The notes under the pieces are model-generated. The model saw only the letters and a list, made by a program, of their open reading frames with translations. It searched no databases and had not been told where the DNA came from. From assembly GCA_000934665.2 (NCBI GenBank), contig JYFJ02004458.1:1-32037 (forward strand): 32,037 nucleotides of DNA, written 5' to 3'. Position numbers and translations under genes: made by a program. Below are positions 12,329 through 22,513 of this stretch, piece after piece. The DNA is from Catajapyx aquilonaris (lineage: Eukaryota). How positions within the stretch are numbered: the first letter of the stretch is position 1; every line of letters begins with the position of its first letter.

Positions 12329-12796
12329 CTGAAATTGACAAGAGTTCTCTCACTGTACAATACAGTTTAACAATCGTGTAATAAATAATACATAGCAAGC
12401 AACTTGGAAGGAGGGGTGAAAAGTATCTCTCAAACCTTTCCCATGATTGCACATAAGTAGAGTGGAACTGGTATAACTTGAACATCTCTAAGACAACAGT
12501 TCAAAGTATAAAACAATTATGAAATTGGTTGGCCACAATGTAATGTAATAAGAATTCAACTTCCATAAGTTGAAGTTCGCTATCTGAGAGTTCTCCATAA
12601 CCTAAACTGCAGCCAATGTAAGTTATTTAGGAACAGGTGAAATTTTTCTCTCTCCATAAATTGAAGGTAGTGCCAGACTCAGGGAAAATGCTTTACCACT
12701 GCATTGCTCAAGGGTTAAGAGCACATCTATACTTCCAAATTCCATCACATGGAAGATCCAAGTACCCATTTTTTCAGTGAGAAAGGGTTTACATGG

Positions 12797-13147
12797 AGTG
12801 CGTTTACGTGGGACTAAAAATCAGCCTAGCTACGGCCACCTATGCTAGGTGAACCGGTTTACTCCTGTAGCGGCTGGGCCTACGTTGGACAGGCTTTAGC
12901 TGAGCCGGTCAGAGCCAGTAGTGGACTCAGCCCAAACCTTTTGGATCAGGTGGTCTACGTAAGGCGATGGCATTGATTGGCTGAGGGGACAGCCCAGGAG
13001 GGAAGTCTTGCTTCCGAATGGGCTGCCTTACCAGCAAGAGAGGCAGTCCCATGTAGCAGTGGCAAAAGTGGGATCAGGCTTTGCATAGACAGCCTTGCTT
13101 AGGGGGTCTGGGCCCCAGGCCGATTTTTAGTCCCATGTAAAAGCACT
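12797..13147. mobile_element. MITE with ~31-bp TIRs (PIF/Harbinger-like ends) in ENGase intron 4
   Basis: AGTGCGTTTACGTGGGACTAAAAATCAGCCT ... AGGCCGATTTTTAGTCCCATGTAAAAGCACT. No clean TSD seen, so the superfamily is tentative. Confidence 0.75.
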
Positions 13148-13781
13148 ATAGTGTACATGTGTCACAGAGGCCTGCATGGGCTCCTACCCTAAAATGAATT
13201 TTGGAGACTCCTTTTTGTTTTCTTGACATTAGATCGTGAAAATAATGTAAATGACCTTGTACAGATTCGTAAGGCTGAATTTTTCAAACTACTCTACCTT
13301 GAATATATCATAACTTCATGGTTTTTTCTGGCCCCTCGAAGATTACAGTAACAAAAGTTTCACTATAAAATCAAAATATTAGGATTGATGGGAGCCGACA
13401 GCTTAGGAATAACATCCATCAAGACCTGTCCTGGCAAGGATATTTAAACTGTACAATATGCAATACTTGAAAATATTTTTCTGCATCCTTGATTGGCAAT
13501 TGGTAGCAAACATGTAAGTAATTTAATGCAGCAGTGCCATTACAGCCAGGTTATACCAGGGATGGCAGATTCAAGACCTAGCACTACAACTTGATCTGAA
13601 AAAGCCTTTCTAATTTAAATGGAGGGGAAATTGTGGTTAGAATTAGAGAAATTACCAGAAACAATATCTGGCAGCTGATCATTAAGCCATAACAGTTACA
13701 CAGTACAGTAAAACCTGGATTCATGCCACTCCACAAAAATGGTACATTCTGAACAAGTTTCTATTACATAAGACAGGTACA

Positions 13782-13867
13782 TGAGGTACTGTGATGAACA
13801 TTAATCGCGTCATACTGTTAGCGACATGTAGCAGTGTGACGTGATTAATGTCCAACACTGTACATCA
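13782..13867. repeat. 86-bp foldback (mini Tc1-type MITE or pre-miRNA-like hairpin) in ENGase intron 4
   Basis: 39-nt arms TGAGGTACTGTGATGAACATTAATCGCGTCATACTGTTA / TAGCAGTGTGACGTGATTAATGTCCAACACTGTACATCA around an 8-nt loop. Confidence 0.7.
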
Positions 13868-14002
13868 GACACTGAGAATCACCTGCTGGGACAAAAAAAT
13901 TAATAATATGCAGGTTTCTGTTATATCATGCTGTGTTATATGTAGATTTGTTAATGGATGAATGATGCTAATCTACCATATGCCTCTTGAAAAAACTCTT
14001 AC

Positions 14003-15272
14003 CTCAAATACCACCCATCCTCAAGTGAGTCAGGCACCTGAACATCATGTGGCATTCTCTGTGATAGTAATCCCACCTCGTTGGATTCCATTGCTGACTC
14101 GTGGCCCAGAACAACCTTCCTATCACCCTGCTCCCTGGAAGTGATCCACAGGACTAGGTCCCACTGTGGATCATCTCTATTAAATGCTACTGACACAATG
14201 ACATGGGTTGAAAGGGCAAAGGAGCATGTCATTAATGTTGTGTCCCTGGTAACTGACAGGCTGGTCCCTCCTGCTGCTGCCATGTCCCTGTCAATGGCAA
14301 CATTGCCAAACAAAAATGATGCTTGGTATCCTTGCTTGCGCAGGTCGTGCCATCTTTTGCGATGGTCACTACCAAGTGTGAATGACGTTAAAAAAGGCAG
14401 CCGAGTTGGCCCATGGAAATATAGGTATGGAGCCATTGCCTCCCACAAGCGCTGATCAACATCCACAGCGACCCCAGGGTCATGCGTCTCGTGAGTCCAA
14501 CCTGGTGCAAATATGGCAGCAGAGAGTCCTCGTTGTCGAATGACCTCAAGGGCAAGGTGTGTGTTAAGTCCACCCCCACCAAAACAATTGCGTCCAAAGA
14601 CATCTACGCCTATGAATACATCATGACGTCGGTCAGCAGCCATTTTTGATGTAGCATCAAGCAGTTCTGGAGTCCAAGTGTAATTGACAAAAATCCCATC
14701 ACAGGCATCAAAAAACTGCCTATTTAGCATACTGAGGGAATTTTGCCATTTGAGGTGTCCTTCAGAGGTAACTGCATCATACCACAGCACTTCAGAGTTT
14801 GGGTCAGATCGGTGCATTGAATGTGTTAAAGAGGACACCACTTGTCGAAGGAGCTCTGCCAGTTGTTTGCGCTCTTGTGCTACTGCCTCATTCTCTCCCT
14901 TTGGTTCCACAGTCGTTGTGGCTCCTAACTCTGGTTGAATAGTTGTTTCTGCTTCTAGAGTGGGAGGTTCTACTTGAGCCTCTTCTCCTGTTTCTGTCCC
15001 AGGGATCACATCTGGCTCTTTTGGTGCCTCTGGTTCCAACCCTGGTTCTGCTGGATTCACCTCTGGTTCTGCTATGGTTTCTTCCTTTGGTTCTTCGTTT
15101 GGTTTGGCTGGTTTTGCCCCCAGGTAGTTTTCCACATTAAACAGCCATCCATCAAACCCGTAATGAGCGGCAAGTCTAGTGAGCTGTGATATAAGACCTT
15201 TGGTCTTTTCTTCATTGCCCAAGACCTGAGACCACAAGCGCCATCCATCATCCCATTCTGTTATCACTGTAC
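14003..15272 (-). CDS. ENGASE: Cytosolic endo-beta-N-acetylglucosaminidase (GH85), exon 4 with the catalytic core
   Basis: GH85 motifs GTVITEW, GFDGWLFNVE (catalytic Asn/Glu), VLWYDAV..G.LKWQN, DGIFVNYTW, GVDVFGR...GGGG, SAAIFAPGW. Acceptor ttttacag|GT (phase 1), donor AG|GTAAGA (phase 2). Confidence 0.97.
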
Positions 15273-15874
15273 CTGTAAAAATTACTGGTGGTCAACCATA
15301 AATCACATAATCATAGGCCACTATAAGATATTAGGAAGAAAGCTTCAGCCAACACTTCTGTAATATTTCATATATACATGGTGTGTAGAAAATGTGACAC
15401 CAGCATGACATCACAGGTAGAAGCTTGCTACCATTCAGAACCAAAAAGTCTTGTGGCTTTCGACTCATAATATATTAAGCCCTATGGTACTACAATCATG
15501 AAAAGTTGTTATTAAGCGCTCTTTTGGTAAGGGGTGATTATTTTGTCCATATGTGATGCACACTGCAGACTGAAAAATGCCTCACAGGCCCAGTTTGACA
15601 TTGTTATGTGCCAGTATTACTAATTCATACAAATAATGTGGACTAGCATCTCCTGTAATACTTGTTTAGTACCAATTTAAAGACAGAAAAAGAATGAAAT
15701 AAATTACATTGATTTAGAATGTGTATCACCATGACATGGTTAGTCTTGGTGGGTGGTGGGGCTTGTGTTTCTCCCATGACCCCAAGGGCTATGCCAGTGG
15801 TAGCTTTGTCTATACTGGCAGGGCCACCTAAGTCACATAGGTCATTGGGGGTAGGAGACAGACTAAGAGAGATA

Positions 15875-16010
15875 CTGGTCTTCCCTCTCTTCTTTTTTCC
15901 CATTAACATTTAACATTGTTTACAGTTTTTATGTCGTTATGACCATCAGCACTCGAGATATTCAAGTCAAAGACATAAATAATAACCTGGTCTTCCCTCT
16001 CTTCTTTTTT
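15875..16010 (+). repeat. 24-bp perfect direct repeat pair in ENGase intron 3
   Basis: CTGGTCTTCCCTCTCTTCTTTTTT at 15875-15898 and 15987-16010. Confidence 0.8.
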
Positions 16011-16801
16011 CTCTTCATTTCTGTCTCCGTCTGTCCCACCTTTGTGTCTTCTAATAGCCAGATAGCCATAGTTACTTTGGCACCTTTCTAATACCTAATT
16101 ACCCATACCACATTCTGTCTTTTAACTGGTACTAAAAGGGTAGCACTGAACATTACGATCTGCATTATTTGTACAACTGAAGCAGAATCACACGTAAAAC
16201 TGAGCCGGTAAGGCATTTCTCAGTACTTCATGGTTGACATGTTGACAACAACTGTTTATACCAAACTTTCTACTACGAATTTTTACCAAAATTTGGCAGG
16301 GATGTATAGCTTCAGCCACAATTTTACACCAAAATATAAGAGGACTTTTCAATTCAGAATGATGATATCCTTGATCTGTGGTATTGTGCTGGTAACTGTC
16401 ATGTCCCAACACCCTGAAGATTATATTCAGACTTTTAGTAAGAGCCTGTTAAATATAAAGTAAGGTCCAAACAATTTAGCAAACTAGTCTGCACTGGAAG
16501 TAGCTTACCTACTGGTTACTTGTTGGGGTAAGTGCTTGAAGGTACTAATGTCAAGTGGTTTGTTACATTGCTTGAATTTATTTATTTTCAGAGTAAAAGC
16601 TATTTTATACAATTTCTCCCATTACAATTGTACTAATAGCAAAGGTTTAGTTGCTTAGAAAACTTCAAAGGGAATGTGGTCATTTTCACATGATACATTA
16701 TTTTCTCCTTGCAATGCAAAATGTAAAATGGGCTGCACTTCTCCAACCACACATCCTTGACCTCCTCAAATTTTAGACATTACTTCACTAGTTTAACATA
16801 C

Positions 16802-16950
16802 CTAGTATCTTGACTCCATGCAGGTGAGCAGCATGGATCCATCCAGGTGGAGGTATAGTCACAAACTTGTGGCTGAAGTAGACAAATAAGTCCACACCAG
16901 ACCATTGGAAGAACTGATATGCATCTGGGTTGTCATTTCCATGCACAAAT
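16802..16950 (-). CDS. ENGASE: ENGase exon 3
   Basis: FVHG...YQFFQWSGVDLFVYFSHKFVTIPPPGWIHAAHLHGVKILG is a canonical GH85 block; acceptor tgttacag|A (phase 2), donor G|GTATGT (phase 1). Confidence 0.96.
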
Positions 16951-17105
16951 CTGTAACATATAATTTCTTGTACATAATGGCAGTGTTGAAACACATTATC
17001 TGTGATATAAGGCTACCCAGCATTTGTGTGCTACAAATAGGCTATGTATAACTATTACAAAATACAATATTTGGACATCATCCCCACATGACATGTGGTG
17101 CTATA

Positions 17106-17457
17106 CAGGGTGTTTTTGACTTTGTCTGCCAAAATGATACAGGCGGTAGTGGGTGCACATGGAAGAAGCATGGCATGGGTCCAATCCTGACAAGTGTGGA
17201 TACCCCCATACATGCCTGCGTACATGCCGGAGTCAGGCCAGTTGAGCAACAGTCTGGGTATGCAAGTGCCTGCCCCCAGCAACCAGCAATGCAGGCATGT
17301 ACGGGGATCCATATTTGTAGGGATAGACATCATCGATGTCAAAGGTCGACATTTGCCAAATGGATCATCGCTGGCCTTTGGACCCACGCCATGCCTTTAC
17401 CATATGCACCCCACTACCACCCATATCATATTGGCAGATGAATCTGCGAACACCCTG
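17106..17457. mobile_element. Tc1/mariner-type MITE with long imperfect TIRs in ENGase intron 2
   Basis: TA|CAGGGTGTTTTTGACTTTGTCTGCCAAAATGAT ... ATCATATTGGCAGATGAATCTGCGAACACCCTG|TA; inverted similarity continues inward (CATGGCATGGGTCCAA vs TTGGACCCACGCCATG). Confidence 0.85.
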
Positions 17458-17900
17458 TATAACAGGAAGCAGGGCAAGTCCATCCACCAGGGATATCTCT
17501 GTTTAGAAACAGCCATCATCTCAGATTGGTTACTACTACATGTTGTGTCAGATATTTCTGCACACAAAAATTGAGTAAATCTTGCCAAGCAGTTTTGATG
17601 TAGCTTATGTTAGGTTTCCAAGTGAGGAAAAATTGGTTGTGAATTGAATTAATTGAGCACTTAGGTGCAAGGTGTCCTGGGAGCAGAACTTGAAGCATTT
17701 GTGCTGGAGATTGGGGTGACCCACTTTGTCCTTCTTTATGTCAGTGTATGCAAAAAATGGTCTTGGATTATTCATATGTTGTGAAAAAATATGACCATAT
17801 AAATGCTTCACTGATTCATATAGTCAGCCCACCCTTTCTTGCTATGATGTCATTGTTACACTTTACCAACTCCTAATCAACAGAAAATCTGCTGATTGTA

Positions 17901-18335
17901 CTCCCTGGAACCTCCCACTTTTCAAGTTTCCATGGAGATGCCCTCATACAACTCTGGGTGTAAACAGTGTTATTTTTTGTTGACACTGACTGTTTATTCA
18001 TATTGTTGCATGAGGGCATTTCCATGGAAACTTGAAAAGTGGGAGACTCCAGGGCAGCCCCCGCAACCCCCACTCTTTTCCTGTGCGCTTAGCCAGTCCC
18101 CTATCCCCGGATGTGGAGCCCTGTCTCAAAAAGCATTCGGGGGGCTGGTGCTTGTGGATCTGCAAACTGCGGCTGAATGAGAATTGACAGTTTCGGTAGG
18201 TTCAGTACGGTTCAATAGTCGTTGGCCCAAAGGCGATTTGGTACAGTGATCTACATCCGGGGATAGGGATTGGCTGAGCGCATTGGCCTTCCCCGTATGG
18301 CTAGATAGAGAGTTGCGGGGAGCTGCTCCAGGGAG
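17901..18335. mobile_element. Two adjacent foldback MITE-like units with CTCCCTGGA-type ends in ENGase intron 2
   Basis: Unit 1 (17903-18054) has 50-nt arms matching 46/50. Unit 2 (~18046-18335) has arms TGCGCTTAGCCAGTCCCCTATCCCCGGATGT vs ACATCCGGGGATAGGGATTGGCTGAGCGCA. Outer ends are CTCCCTGGA (17901) and TCCAGGGAG (18335). Confidence 0.75.
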
Positions 18336-18670
18336 TGTGTTTGGCACTAGGAGTTGATAAGAGAAACAATGACATCCATGGCAAGAAAGGGTGGGCCGAC
18401 CATGCATCGAACTTGTATAACAAACCAAGACTTGTCGACGAGCAAACCTTGAAAATTCAACTATGGAAAAGGTGTGTGGACCTGCCTCACTTCACCTGAT
18501 GTAATTTTTTGCTTACAGGCTGATTGGTTGTGCTTGTTTTTCACAGAACATGAAGCAAACGCCAAATGAAGTTGTGGCAGTGGTGAGCATAATGGTGCCG
18601 TAAGTGAAATGCCAAGAAGCAAATAAGTGTGTCCTGGAGACCCACCAAACGATGGTGGAGTACTACATAC

Positions 18671-18846
18671 TTGTCATCAAGATACCCTCCCTTCATGTCG
18701 TGGCAGACGAGGGTCCTAGGCACAGTGTCAGCCCTGACCCTGGGTAGGGGCCTGTCCCCAGAGAGGAGTGCGGCCCCAGGGACACACTCTGGGCTGCGTA
18801 GCTCCAGTGGGGTGCGGCACGTGAGCGGCTCCCACTCCAGCAGCTC
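18671..18846 (-). CDS. ENGASE: ENGase exon 2
   Basis: ELLEWEP...PRTLVCHDMKGGYLDDK (GH85 N-terminal CHDMxGGY motif); acceptor gtattgcag|GAG (phase 0), donor AA|GTATGT (phase 2). Confidence 0.95.
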
Positions 18847-19008
18847 CTGCAATACACAGCACTCCATGAATGAAAGTCCATTGGGATGGATGGATGCATG
18901 GGTGGATGGAGCAGATGGGATGGTGTCGTGCGGGGGCAAGAAATATAGAGTAGTATGCTACTCTATATTTCTTGGTGCGGGGGTGGGGCGCCCGGCCCGC
19001 CTACTCGC

Positions 19009-19062
19009 CTGCAGGCTGCAGAGGGGCCTGCATATGGCCGGGTGCAGGGCCACTTCCACCAT
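19009..19062 (-). CDS. ENGASE: ENGase exon 1 (MVEVALHPAICRPLCSLQ), ending at a GC donor
   Basis: ATG at 19062 with an in-frame TAG upstream; donor CAG|GCGAGT is phase 0; the junction reads CRPLCSLQELLEW, like ENGase N-termini; full CDS is 1812 nt = 603 aa. Confidence 0.75.
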
Positions 19063-19871
19063 CTCTCTCCCTCTCTCTCTCTATCTGTCACTCCGGATGT
19101 GCAAGTGGCAGATGCCTCTGTCCGTCACCACTCCTCTCGGGTGCTGCAGCCCCTCCTCTCCTCTCGGCCTTCCCTCCCTTTCTTCCCTTCAGTTTCAGCG
19201 CAGCAGGATGAGGAGGTGGAAGAGGAGGTGGCGGTGGAGGAGGAGGGAAAGACAACCATCAGCTGACATCTCTCCCTAGCTTGCACTACTTGCACTGGCT
19301 TATTGCAGGGCGCGTTCGGATCATGCGCTGCCGATCGACCGACACGCGTTCACCGAACGGAGAGGATGCCTCAGCGGCGCCACGTTCCATTTCCTCAATT
19401 CTTCGTTGCAACCGTATAATGTACTGTACGGTTATACTGAAGGATCCGCGGAGATTTGTGTCAACACTCAACAGCATTAGTTCATCGATTAATTGACTGT
19501 GCCTAACGCCTAACATTAGCAGGATCCTTTTCTCCGGTAGACATCCTTTGCAAAAGAATTTATTTTTGAGTCGGGGAACAGCTATTAGAAGTCAAGTGCC
19601 ATAATTATATAGAACTTATTGAGATGGCGATGGATACCCTATAAAGTGCTGTTCACTGCATTTGATGACTGGAAATGACAATGCAAAACTGGTCACAAGC
19701 TCTCTTGCAGAACATTGACCTACTTCTTGAATATTCCTGCTGACAATATAGATAGGACTTCCTCTCTGCATACTTGCTGACACATGCATAATTCCCTGCC
19801 AAGTGAATGGGAGGCTATAAATTGAAGTACAGCTCACACTTCCTGTCCCACATTTTGTGCTGCCTTCAAGT

Positions 19872-20129
19872 ATGTGGCATCTGACTGTGATCCTGTTCTT
19901 GATGACTTCCATGGTCTTTACCTCTTCTCTGTCGAACCAGCAGCAAGAGGCCCATAAGGTAGTCATCCGACTCAAGCGTTGGCCTGATCCTCCTCCAAGA
20001 CCTTCTAGCCATCAGGATCATGATTCAAGCTCATCAACATGTGCTGATCGGCAGCTCCAGTGTACTGACAAATCGTCAACCTGCTGTACTGGGCCATTCA
20101 GTGCATTTACATGTTGTCCACATTCACAG
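19872..20129 (+). CDS. Secreted single-domain granulin precursor, exon 1 (signal peptide, RLKR site, N-terminal half of the granulin)
   Basis: Hydrophobic signal MWHLTVILFLMTSMVFTSS; C-x6-C-x6-CC-x8-CC; donor CAG|GTGTGT, phase 0. Confidence 0.9.
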
Positions 20130-20580
20130 GTGTGTATGCTGATTACCATACAGTTAACTAAAAGATTGGATTGCCTAATCAGAAAGGCAACTTTGATTAC
20201 TGCAAAAATAATGGTAACTTCAATTGGAACACTCCATATAATGTACCTCAATAATAATAATTCACACCTCCTACAGTGCATGACTAAAATTCCATGACGA
20301 AGACAGCAATAAAGTGGCCGCTTGCAGTAATCATCAGGCATTATCATTATGTGATCCTCACATCTTTGTGGACATAATCAAACATAGGTTTCTAAGCCAG
20401 TGCATATAAACTTTATATTTTACAACTTTTTAGGGCTTTCATGTTTCTATCTTCTGTCTGACAACTGCCACCATAATAGCAAAGCAACCACTTATAATTC
20501 CTTTATACTTCTGACAATAGTGACTCCTTGTGCATAATTTACAAAATGTATGTGTAAAATCTTTCTTTTCTTACTTCCAG

Positions 20581-20748
20581 GCTACTTGCTGTGAGAACAA
20601 ACTTCACTGTTGCCCTCATGACTCATTCTGTGCCTTTGGTGGACTGTATTGCTGGCAAAGGGAAGCCAAGGAAGGCCTGTCCCCCCTGTTTCCTGCCACT
20701 CTCCTCAGGGACAACCTGCTCTTGGCAGCCACAGAATATGAGGAATAA
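20581..20748 (+). CDS. Single-domain granulin precursor, exon 2 (C-terminal half of the granulin plus tail)
   Basis: Acceptor ttttcttacttccag|GCT; ATCCENKLHCCPHDSFCAFGGLYC completes the 12-Cys granulin motif; TAA at 20746-20748; AATAAA at 20744 and 20988; total 141 aa. Confidence 0.9.
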   Translation, partial: ATCCENKLHCCPHDSFCAFGGLYCWQREAKEGLSPLFPATLLRDNLLLAATEYEE

Positions 20749-21084
20749 AAAATGATTTTTGAGACTTAAGAATCCTTCCAATTATACTATTTTAGAGCAC
20801 ACACATTGGGCAGCTTTGCTAGCTGTAACATTTCCCACACTCATTATTCTTACTGGCTGATGAATAGCGTAAGATGGGACCAAAGTAAGAATAGGATATG
20901 AGAGGTTCATATACAGTCCCATAAGTATATGTTTGTATCGCAAACACTTTTTCTCGATAATGATTATTATAACTTATTTAGTTTTGCAATAAAACAGATA
21001 AAGATGCTATTGCAGAATCATTTTTGTTGTGAAGTAATAGTTAAATCTATAATGTTAAAATGCTTGCTGTGTGTGTATAAGTCC

Positions 21085-21330
21085 TCTCATTGGTCTGCAC
21101 CCATATTGTTGTTACCGCCACGTTCCGATTGGCCCTCTTTCCGAGCATGCGCAATGGGTGGAAGAACGCCACAGTCGCTTGCTGGACGTCAAAGAGGACA
21201 CAATCATCTCCTCTCCCGTGAAGACCCGCTACCCTTCCACCATCTTCCACCCATGTCCTCACGGTGACCTCACAACAGGGGAGGGGGAGAGGAGGGGGGA
21301 AGGAGGAACCACCCATGTGTGAAGTAAGAG
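21085..21330 (+). promoter_or_regulatory. Orphan CpG-rich promoter-like block
   Basis: Two ATTGG (inverted CCAAT) boxes, GCATGCGCA (NRF1/Ewg-type motif) near 21146, then a possible donor GAA|GTAAGA after 21323. Confidence 0.35.
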
Positions 21331-22513
21331 TCAGAAAAATCGAAGAAAACTGACAGTAGCATGTCATCCCCATAAAAGGGCTCCGCCCTATCACGGGGTA
21401 AAATAAATAAATAAATAAATAAAAATATTGGTATGTTGAGGTGGGAAAATACATATTTCCCAATCAATGCAAAGCAAAGGTAGGATTGCATATGGGTCGC
21501 AGGGTGCGGAATCATGGAGATGTGAATGCACGGAGGAATGGGTGGGGGTGTATGCATATGATTGGGGGTTGGGCATCAACACTGGCTATAAATCCGAAGC
21601 AATTAAAATTATGGTAGGCACTGTAGGCCCTAGGTCTAGAAAAAAGCAAGTGAAGCAAAGTGGTTTTCTATGCCTGCGCCATAGAAAAATGCGAGCGTAG
21701 TGAGGGTTTTTCTAGTATAAATATAAAACTCAATTTTGTTTTATCATGGTCAGTATCAGTTTTCAGGATTTTAAATTCTGCACAGAAGTGGGATCACCTA
21801 CTTTCCATCCTACACTTGGAATCCTCTGATTCTAAATTGGTTGCTTGGGGTACCATATCGTTCACATTCTTGAATGTGACATTGCCCTTACTATGTCATG
21901 GTTACTCTGGGTTGGAAAGTTGACTGAAAAAGCTGGATGAAGAGGCTTATTTAATAAGTGTATCCAGACATGCATTAGGAAAGCAAAAGTTAACTGCAAT
22001 ATCCTCGTATTAGGCAGTATAGTGATACATTATTACTGTACAAATGTACATTTGCAAAATATTGTAAAATTAGCAACTATTTTTGGGAAAATAAAGATGT
22101 CCTGTAAAATTGACTCTGCGTGTAATGTAAAACGCTGTCAATTGTGAGATAAAGCCTTAAACTGCACCCCATGGTACCTAGGACCTGTCCACCTAGATTC
22201 ACTATCTCACTCACAAGTCATTTTACATATGATAAGACAATTGCAACCCATTTCTATGCTTTGCTGGGAATACTTTCTTCCTCGCCAGATGTTGAATTAA
22301 TACAAAAGTGCATTGATTCCAGCACAGATGTGTAAGATAGAGTTACAGTGCTGCACTCTCATTTCTCACATTTCTCTCATTCTCACCATTAATGAGAACA
22401 AAATTTGTTTATTATTTATTTATTAATACTCCTTCAGAAGGCGAGTTACATTACATTGTACAATAATTAGCACAACGCCTGCAGAAAATTAAATATCTTG
22501 TTCCTGGCACATA

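Noticed and set aside
14081..15189. Several plus-strand ORFs opposite ENGase exon 4
   Set aside because: Antisense shadows of a real coding exon.
17873..18180. Two ORFs on opposite strands sharing PTFQVSMEMPS
   Set aside because: Artefact of the DNA inverted repeat at 17903-18054.
18629..19279. 216-aa plus-strand ORF
   Set aside because: Antisense to ENGase exons 1-2 and its leader; low complexity, no domain.
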